Source: an uncultured Gemmatimonadales bacterium
GTDB lineage: Bacteria > Gemmatimonadota > Gemmatimonadetes > Gemmatimonadales > GWC2-71-9
NCBI GenBank assembly: GCA_963728915.1
Contig: CAVSLV010000001.1
Coordinates: forward strand, 1,152,001 to 1,216,000
Direction of reading: 5' to 3'
DNA: 64,000 nucleotides
The position numbers and the translations under genes are program-made. This document shows, piece after piece, positions 54,786-64,000 of the stretch (its first letter is position 1; each line of letters starts with the position of its first letter). The notes beneath the pieces are model-generated. The model was not told the origin of the DNA. It saw only the letters and a list, made by a program, of their open reading frames with translations, and ran no database searches.

Positions 54786-55723
54786 GCGCCGTTGGTCCCC
54801 ACGAGCTTGACTTCTGTCTCCAGCGCAACGCCGAACCGGCGATGGACCGCCTCGCGCGCCGTATCGATCAGGGCCCGCACCTCGGCGGCGGTGGCCTCGC
54901 CGGTATTCACAAAATAGTTCGCATGCATCCGGGAAATCTCCGCGCCCCCGATCCTGGTTCCCTTGAGACCGGCCGCCTCGAGCACGCTCCCCGCGGTCCA
55001 GGGACGGTTCCATGCGGCCGGCACCGGAACCGAAGGGTTCTTGAAAACGCTTCCGCAGCAGGCCTGGTTGAAAGGAGTGCCTGCCTGGCGCCAGGCGAAG
55101 AGTCGCTCGACCTCGGCGTCAAGGTCCTCCGGTATCCCCGCCACCAGCCGAACCTCCACTTCCAGGACGATCAGACCATCGAGCCCGCTCCGTCGATACC
55201 GGAACGGGATCTCGGCGGCGGGGATCACGCTGATCTCTCCCTGACGATCCACCACCGTCACCGCCGCCGTGACGTCGGCCCACTGTCCGCCGTGACAGCC
55301 CGCGTTCATGAACACTCCGCCACCCACGGTTCCCGGCACCCCGACCATCAGGTGCAACCCAGCCCAGCCCTCCTTGGCGGTCCGCCGGGCGGCGAGCGGC
55401 GCGGGCAGACCGGCCCCGAGCCACCAGCGCTCCCCGTCCTGGCGCACCGCATCGATCCCCTTGCCCAGCCGGATGACCAGGTCGTCCACCCCTTCATCGG
55501 GAAGCAGCACGTTGGAGCCAAGGCCGAGGGGAAGCACCGGAACGCCCGCGGCGGCGGCGACCCGCAAGCCGACCGCGACATCCTCGGGGGAGGCGGGCAG
55601 CAAGACCGTCGCGGGACCGCCGATCCGGTAGGTGGAATAGCGGGCGAGCGACGCATTCTCCTTGACCTCGCCGCGCACCGCTTGCCGGAGAGCCGCTGCG
55701 AACCGTCCCTCCCGGGCGCTCAC
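54782..55723 (-). CDS. murB: UDP-N-acetylenolpyruvoylglucosamine reductase
   Basis: [49 protein letters not shown]. Confidence 0.96.
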   Translation of the reverse strand: MSAREGRFAAALRQAVRGEVKENASLARYSTYRIGGPATVLLPASPEDVAVGLRVAAAAGVPVLPLGLGSNVLLPDEGVDDLVIRLGKGIDAVRQDGERWWLGAGLPAPLAARRTAKEGWAGLHLMVGVPGTVGGGVFMNAGCHGGQWADVTAAVTVVDRQGEISVIPAAEIPFRYRRSGLDGLIVLEVEVRLVAGIPEDLDAEVERLFAWRQAGTPFNQACCGSVFKNPSVPVPAAWNRPWTAGSVLEAAGLKGTRIGGAEISRMHANYFVNTGEATAAEVRALIDTAREAVHRRFGVALETEVKLVGTNGA

Positions 55724-58700
55724 GCCCGCTGCTCGGACATGAGCCCCCGGGTTAGGACGTGCCATTCCTGCAACGAGCGAACCTCGCCGGGACTCAGCGC
55801 GAGGGCTTCCACCGCCTCACACGCCGCCGCCGCCGCCGCGATCGTGGTCACATAGGGGACCCGGTGCAGCAGCGCGGATTGCCGGAGCACGTAGTCGTCC
55901 CGCTGGGTCAGCTTCCCGAGCGGCGTGTTGATGAGCAGCTGGACCTCTCCAGAAACCAGGAGGTCCACGGCATTGGGATGGCCCTCGTGAACCTTCTGCA
56001 CCACCTCCACCGCCGTGCCCTGCGCTTCCAGAAATCGGGCGGTTCCCGCGGTGGCGAGCACCCGGAACCCGAGCTGCCCGAACCGCCGCGCGATGGGAGC
56101 CACCGCCGGCTTGTCCCGGTCGTTGACCGAGACGAACAGGGTTCCCTTGAGCGGCAGCACACCTTCGGCGCTGACTTGGGCCTTGGCGAAGGCCATGGCG
56201 AACGAATCCGCAATCCCCATCACTTCCCCGGTCGACCGCATCTCGGGCCCGAGGATGAGGTCGACGCCGGGAAGCTTGGTGAAGGGGAACACCGCCTCCT
56301 TCACCGCGAAATAGGGCTGGCTCGGCTCCTCGACCAGTCCGAGATCCTCGAGTCGCTTGCCCACCATGACCGCCGCCGCCATCGTCGCCAGGGGAACCCC
56401 GGTGGTCTTCGATACGAAGGGGACCGTTCGGGACGCCCGTGGGTTGACCTCCAGCACGTAGACCATGCCATCCTTGATGGCATACTGCACATTGATCAGG
56501 CCGACCACGCCGAGCCGGTCGGCGAAGGCCTTGGTGCAGCGGCGCATCTCATCGATCTGGGCCTCGGTCACCAGGAACGGCGGTAACACACAGGCGGAAT
56601 CGCCCGAGTGAATCCCGGCGTCTTCGATGTGCTGCATGACCCCGCCGATCACCGACCGGTGGCCGTCGGCGATCGCGTCGACATCCGCTTCGAAGGCATC
56701 CTCGAGAAACCGGTCGATCAGCACCGGATGGCCCGGGGCCACCCGCTCGGCTTCCGCGAAGAATCCGGAGAGCGACTCCGCGTCGTAGACGATCTGCATC
56801 GCGCGCCCACCCAGCACATAGGAAGGCCGGATCAGCACGGGATAGCCGACCCGTTCCGCCTCGCGAAGCGCCTCCGGAAGCGATCGCGCGGTGCCGTTCG
56901 GAGGCTGGGCGATCCCCAGCTCGCGCGCGATCGCCTCGAACCGTCCCCGGTCTTCCGCCGCGTCGATCGCATCGGGAGAGGTCCCCAGGATGGCCACGCC
57001 GGCGGCCTCGAGCCCCCGGGCGAGCCGAAGCGGGGTCTGGCCTCCCAGCTGGACCACCACGCCGAGCGGGCGCTCCAGCTGCACGATCTCGAGAACATCT
57101 TCGAGCGTGAGCGGCTCGAAATAGAGAGCGTCGCTGATGTCGAAGTCGGTGGAAACGGTCTCCGGGTTCGAATTGACCATCACCGTGCGATAGCCCATCT
57201 GGCGAAAGGCGAGCGCCGCGCGCACACAGCAGTAGTCGAATTCGACGCCCTGCCCGATCCGGTTGGGACCACTCCCCAACACGACGACGGTCGGCACCCC
57301 CGAAGGACCGATCTCGTTCTCCTCGTCGTAGGATGAGTAGAGATAGGGCGTCTTCGAGGGGAATTCCCCTGCGCAGGTATCGACCATCTTGTAGGCGGGC
57401 CGAATGCCGAGCGCCTGCCGCTCCTCCCGGATCTCCTGCTCGCCTCTTCCGGCCAGATCAGCCAGCTGGCGATCCGAAAATCCCATCCGCTTCATCTCGA
57501 GCAGCGGCGGGGCGGTCAGAGGGTCAGACCGTCCGGCCTCCCCGACCGCTCCGACCTCCCCGACCCACCGCCCCTCCGCCTCCACCAGCTCCTCGAGCTG
57601 CGACAGGAACCAGGGATCGATCCGGCTCGCGTCCGCGATGGCCGCGACGCTCACGCCGGCGAGCAGCGCCCGCTTGATCTGGAACAGTCGCTCTGGGGTT
57701 GGCGTGCGCAAGGCCCGGACGATCGCTTCCGGCGTCTCGTCGGTCAGCCGGTCGTCGGTCAGAGTTTCCCCGATGCACCATCCCGCCCGTCCGGTTTCCA
57801 GCCCGCGGAATCCCTTCTGAAGCGCGGCCTTGAAGGTCCGCCCGATCGCCATCACCTCGCCGACCGACTTCATCTGGGTCGTGAGCGTGCAGTCGGCGGC
57901 GGGGAATTTCTCGAACGCAAAGCGGGGAATCTTGACCACCACGTAGTCCAGCACCGGCTCGAACGACGCGGGCGTGGTCTTGGTGATGTCGTTCGGCAGC
58001 TCGTCGAGCCGGTACCCCACGGCGAGCTTCGCGCCGATCCGCGCGATCGGGAACCCGGTGGCTTTCGAGGCGAGCGCCGAGGAACGAGACACCCGTGGGT
58101 TCATCTCGATGACCAGCTGCTCCCCATCGACCGGATTGACCGCGAACTGGACGTTGCAGCCCCCCGCCTCCACTCCGACTTCCCGAATGATTCGGCAGGC
58201 CGCATCGCGCATGACCTGGTATTCGCGATCGGTCAGGGTCATCGCGGGAGCGACGGTGATGGAGTCCCCGGTATGGACCCCCATCGGGTCGAGATTCTCG
58301 ATCGAGCAGACGATCACCACGTTGTCGGCGCCGTCCCGCATCACCTCGAGCTCGAATTCCTTCCAGCCCAGAATGCTGCGCTCCACCAGCACCGATCCGA
58401 CCGGGGACAGCTCGAGGCCGCGCTGGAGCTTCTCCTCGAATTGGCTGCGGTCGTAGGCCACGCCGCCCCCGGTTCCGCCCAGCGTATAGGAGGGGCGGAG
58501 AATCGCCGGGTATCCGGTCGTCTCCACCGTGGCGAGGCCTTCGGCGACCGAGCGCACCGTGAATCCCTGCGGGGTGGCGAGCCCGATGCGCCGCATCGCC
58601 AGGGCGAATTCCTGGCGATCCTCCGCGATCCGGATGGCCCGCTCGTTGGCGCCGATGAGCTCCACGTGGTGCTTCTCCAGGACCCCTTCCCGCGCCAGCG

Positions 58701-58984
58701 CCATCGCGACGTTCAGCGCGGTCTGCCCGCCCATCGTGGGAAGCAGCGCGTCGGGACGCTCCCGGGCGATGATGCGCTCGACCCATTCCGGCGTGATCGG
58801 CTCGATGTAGGTGCGGTCGGCCACCTCCGGGTCGGTCATGATCGTGGCAGGGTTCGAATTCACCAGAATGACCCGGTAGCCCTCTTCCTGGAGGGCCCGC
58901 GCCGCCTGGGTTCCCGAGTAGTCGAACTCGGCGCCCTGGCCGATGATGATCGGGCCCGACCCTATCAGGAGAATCGAGGAGAGG

Positions 58985-59001
<17 letters not shown>
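55720..59001 (-). CDS. carB: Carbamoyl-phosphate synthase large subunit
   Basis: [58 protein letters not shown] and the MGS domain. Confidence 0.99.
57506..57568. repeat. Short tandem-repeat insertion in carB
   Basis: 9-mers CCGGCCTCC CCGACCGCT CCGACCTCC CCGACCCAC (57533-57568), preceded by GGTCAGAG GGTCAGAC. Encodes [17 protein letters not shown]. Confidence 0.55.
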
Positions 59002-61012
<2,011 letters not shown>

Positions 61013-61054
61013 TGTGGGTTCATAAAGATAGCCACCATACGGAGTATCGTGACC

Positions 61055-61270
61055 ATGGCTCGCACCTGCGCCGTCTGCGGAAAAGGCCCCGCGACGGGGA
61101 ATCACGTCAGCCACGCCAACAACCGGGTCAAGCGGCGATGGTATCCCAACCTGCAGACCGTCCGCACCCTCGTGGATGGAGAGGTCCGCAGAATTCGCGT
61201 CTGTGCCAAGTGCATTCGCAGCAACCGGGTCAAGAAGGCAGCCGGCCCCGCGCGGGCCACGGCGACCTGA
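61055..61270 (+). CDS. rpmB: 50S ribosomal protein L28 (Zn-ribbon type)
   Basis: [10 protein letters not shown]...[20 protein letters not shown]...VCAKCIRS. Confidence 0.98.
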   Translation: MARTCAVCGKGPATGNHVSHANNRVKRRWYPNLQTVRTLVDGEVRRIRVCAKCIRSNRVKKAAGPARATAT

Positions 61271-61295
61271 GCTCCCAGGGGCCGTCCGGGTTATG

Positions 61296-61322
61296 AAAAA
61301 GGGGACCAACCGGTCCCCTTTT
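61296..61322. terminator. Bidirectional intrinsic terminator between convergent rpmB and rplQ
   Basis: AAAAA-GGGGACC-AACC-GGTCCCC-TTTT. Confidence 0.88.
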
Positions 61323-61344
61323 CGATGTCGCTCATCGATCCTGA

Positions 61345-61701
61345 TCACTCCGAGAGCAGCTCGATCCGTGCGACGTCCGCACCGTCTCCAGGGCGGTGCC
61401 CCAGCTTGAGGATTCTGGTATAGCCGCCAGGCCGGGCGGCGAAGCGCGGCCCGATCTCCTTGAACAGTCGGCCCAGCACCTCGCGGTCCTGGATCCGCCG
61501 CTCGACCTGGCGCCGCGCATGCAGGTCGCCCCGGCGCGCCAGGGTGATCAGGCGCTCCGCGTAGGGCCGGAGCTCCTTCGCCTTGGCCTCGGTGGTGACG
61601 ATGCGGTCATGGCGGAACAGGCTGGCCACCATGTTCCTCAGCATCGCCTTCTTGTGCGTCGAGGTCCGGGAAAGCTGGCGACCCTTGGCGCGATGCCGCA
61701 T
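61345..61701 (-). CDS. rplQ: 50S ribosomal protein L17
   Basis: MRHR..GRQLSR, TTEAKAKELR, RPGGYTRILK. Confidence 0.99.
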   Translation of the reverse strand: MRHRAKGRQLSRTSTHKKAMLRNMVASLFRHDRIVTTEAKAKELRPYAERLITLARRGDLHARRQVERRIQDREVLGRLFKEIGPRFAARPGGYTRILKLGHRPGDGADVARIELLSE

Positions 61702-62771
61702 CAGCCGTTCTCCTCCGCGGGCGCGCCGTCCCCGGATGTCATGGGAGGCGGCTCGGGTGAGGTGCCGGCCCGGGCCACCACCAGGTCTCCGTCCACCTCC
61801 TCGAAGCCCATTCCGAACCGCAGACTTTCCCGTTGCAGCAGCTCGGCGATCTCGCCCAGCGCCTTCTCGCCGACGTTCTTCACCTCGAGCAGATCGTTCT
61901 CGGTGAGCTCGACCAGGTCGCGCAGGGTCCGGATGTTCGAGTTCTTGAGGGAATTGAGGGTCCGCACCGACAGGCCGAGGTCGTCGATCAGCCGCTCGAG
62001 CTTGAGCCTGAGTCCGCTGGTCACCTTCACGCCCTCAGCCGGGGCGGGCCGGGCCTGGGGCACCCGGCCGAAGTCGATGAAGAACCGGAAGTGCTCGGTG
62101 GCGAGGGCCGCCGCATACGCGATGGCATCCTCGGGGCTGATCGTCCCGTTGGTTTCGACCACGACCGCGAGCCGGTCGTAGTCGGTCCGTTGCCCAACCC
62201 GGGTCTCGCTGACGGTGAAATTGGCCCGTCGCACCGGATTGTAGATCGCGTCGATGCGGACCACGTCGACCGGCAGAGACCGATCGGTGGGATGGAGCTC
62301 CGCCTCGACGTACCCGCGCCCCTTATTGACGTAGAGGTCGCAGTTCACGTCCTTGGCGTCCTGCACCGTGAAGAGCAGCTGATCGGGATTGACGACGTTC
62401 ACTCCGGCGCTGGCCTGGATGTCCCGCGCGAACACCGGCCCCTTGCCTTCCCGGCGGATTCGCAGGATGGCGTCGTCCTTGTCTTCATCGAGCACCAGGG
62501 TCAGCGCCTTGAGCCGTTGAATGATCTGGTGAACGTCCTCGAGAATCCCGGGAACGGTCTGATGCTCATGCACCACCCCGTCCATCCGGAACGCCCAGAC
62601 CGCCGAGCCTCGGAGCGAGGACAACAGCAGCCGGCGCAGCGAATTCCCGAGCGTGTACCCGAATCCCCGCTCCAGGGGCTGGAGCCGGAATTCGGCGATG
62701 TTCGGATTGTCCTCCCGCTTGGTCATCTCAACCATGTAGGGACGGACCAGACCGGTCATATCGATCGTCAT
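61701..62771 (-). CDS. rpoA: RNA polymerase alpha subunit
   Basis: PLERGFGYTLGNSLRRLLLSSL, ETRVGQRTDYD, and alpha-CTD LSVRTLNSLK. Confidence 0.99.
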   Translation of the reverse strand: MTIDMTGLVRPYMVEMTKREDNPNIAEFRLQPLERGFGYTLGNSLRRLLLSSLRGSAVWAFRMDGVVHEHQTVPGILEDVHQIIQRLKALTLVLDEDKDDAILRIRREGKGPVFARDIQASAGVNVVNPDQLLFTVQDAKDVNCDLYVNKGRGYVEAELHPTDRSLPVDVVRIDAIYNPVRRANFTVSETRVGQRTDYDRLAVVVETNGTISPEDAIAYAAALATEHFRFFIDFGRVPQARPAPAEGVKVTSGLRLKLERLIDDLGLSVRTLNSLKNSNIRTLRDLVELTENDLLEVKNVGEKALGEIAELLQRESLRFGMGFEEVDGDLVVARAGTSPEPPPMTSGDGAPAEENG

Positions 62772-62787
62772 GCGATTTCAGCTCCGA

Positions 62788-63429
62788 TCACTTCGAGTAG
62801 AGCTCGACGATGAGTTGTTCCTGCGCGTTGAGCGGTATGGCATCCCGGGTCGGCAGCATTGTCACCCGCCCGGCGGCGTGGGTGTTGTCCACCGACAGCC
62901 AGGTGAGCGGCGCACCCCGGGCCGCGCTCTCCAGGGCGAGCTTGACCGGGATCATTTCCCTGCTGGCCGGCGCCACTCGCACCTCCTGCCCCGGACGAAC
63001 CCGGAAGGAGGGGATATCCACCCGCCTGCCATTCACCTCGACGTGGCCATGCCGAACCAGCTGCCGGGCCCCGGCGCGGCTCGTCGAGAAATTCATCCGG
63101 TAGACGATGTTGTCGAGCCGGGTTTCCAGGTGGACCAGCAGATTGGTCCCGGTCACTCCCGGCTCCTTGCTCGCGCGCTCGAAGGTGTTGCGGAACTGCT
63201 GCTCGGACAGCCCGTAGATCCGCTTCACCTTCTGTTTTTCCCGCAGCTGGCGGGCGTACTCCGACATCTTGCGGCCGCCCCGTCCGCTGTTGGATTGCCC
63301 GTGCTGGCCGGGCGCGTACCCCCGCCGATCGACCGCGCACTTCTCGGTCAGGCAGCGGGAACCCTTGAGGAAGAGCTTTACGCCTTCACGCCGGCAAAGC
63401 CGGCAGACCGGTCCGGAGTAGCGTGACAT
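62788..63429 (-). CDS. rpsD: 30S ribosomal protein S4
   Basis: CRLCRREG, QLREKQK, LETRLDN, EQLIVELYSK. Confidence 0.99.
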   Translation of the reverse strand: MSRYSGPVCRLCRREGVKLFLKGSRCLTEKCAVDRRGYAPGQHGQSNSGRGGRKMSEYARQLREKQKVKRIYGLSEQQFRNTFERASKEPGVTGTNLLVHLETRLDNIVYRMNFSTSRAGARQLVRHGHVEVNGRRVDIPSFRVRPGQEVRVAPASREMIPVKLALESAARGAPLTWLSVDNTHAAGRVTMLPTRDAIPLNAQEQLIVELYSK

Positions 63430-63432
63430 GCG

Positions 63433-63894
63433 TCAGACCCGCCGCTTCTTGGGCGGACGGCAGCCGTTGTGAGGAATCGGCGTGACGTCCTTGATCGAGA
63501 CCACCTTGAGCCCTACCGAGGCGAGCGCCTGGATCGCGGATTCCCGGCCGCTGCCGGGACCCTGCACCAGCACGTGCACCTTGCGGACGCCCAGGTTCAT
63601 CGCCTCGCGGCCGACGTTCTCGGCGGCCACGGTGGCGGCGAACGGTGTGCTCTTCTTGGAGCCCTTGAACCCGGCCTTGCCGGCGGTGCCCCAGGCGATG
63701 GTGTTGCCCCGCATGTCGGTGATGGTGACCAGGACGTTGTTGAAGGTCGCCGAGATGTGGGCGATGCCTTCCGCCTCGACCACCTTGCGGCCGCGCCGCG
63801 GAGTCTTGGGAGCCGGGGCCGAGCCGGCCGGGGCCGATGGCGCGGATCCGGTGGGTTCGGCGGGTTGGGTATTGGGCTGTTCGGGATTGGTCAT
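63433..63894 (-). CDS. rpsK: 30S ribosomal protein S11 with an N-terminal extension
   Basis: [36 protein letters not shown]. Confidence 0.99.
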   Translation of the reverse strand: MTNPEQPNTQPAEPTGSAPSAPAGSAPAPKTPRRGRKVVEAEGIAHISATFNNVLVTITDMRGNTIAWGTAGKAGFKGSKKSTPFAATVAAENVGREAMNLGVRKVHVLVQGPGSGRESAIQALASVGLKVVSIKDVTPIPHNGCRPPKKRRV

Positions 63895-63896
63895 GT

Positions 63897-64000
63897 CTAC
63901 TTCTTCGTTGCCTTCTTCTTGCCCGCGATCGCGCGGCGCGGCCCCTTCTTGGTCCGGGCGTTGGTGTGAGTACGCTGACCCCGCACCGGAAGACCCTTCC
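63897..64000 (-). CDS. rpsM: 30S ribosomal protein S13, 3' part only
   Basis: Translated by hand: [33 protein letters not shown]. Confidence 0.97.
   Translation of the reverse strand, partial: KGLPVRGQRTHTNARTKKGPRRAIAGKKKATKK

Overview
High-GC bacterial chromosomal segment, almost entirely core genes on the minus strand. Gene content, synteny and protein style suggest Gemmatimonadota (inference). In coordinate order: SDR (partial), CpsB-type phosphatase, alaS, recX, recA, yraN; ftsK, comB, accC, pilT/U, accB, Xaa-Pro peptidase, aroQ and a frameshifted TPR gene; ppiD/SurA (+); tatA, DUF4321, polyprenyl synthase, TPR, hutH, a TatC-LptD fusion, cpoB, pal, tolB, tolA/tonB, tolR, tolQ; ssb, rimI, tsaB, tsaE, uvrB; an accessory patch of secreted carboxypeptidase-regulatory/plug-domain proteins with an EVE gene, around rel and radC; secA, nadD, bamD and two TPR genes; a nucleotide-sugar cluster (uxs, ugd, wbpA/E/D-like, rmd, gmd) interleaved with murB and carB; rpmB (+) and the end of the alpha operon (rplQ, rpoA, rpsD, rpsK, rpsM). 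I recognised no tRNA, rRNA, CRISPR array, prophage or intact IS. The most striking item is a single 1163-aa ORF joining a complete TatC to an LptD-like outer-membrane protein through an internal signal-peptide-like linker, a possible polyprotein. Other highlights are three barrel-less TonB-plug-like paralogues, a probable AUU-initiated gene, inverted octamer tandem-repeat arrays that have entered coding sequences, recurrent leaderless-type promoters, and a PilT/U ATPase inserted between accB and accC. All family calls come from recognising motifs by eye, not from database searches.
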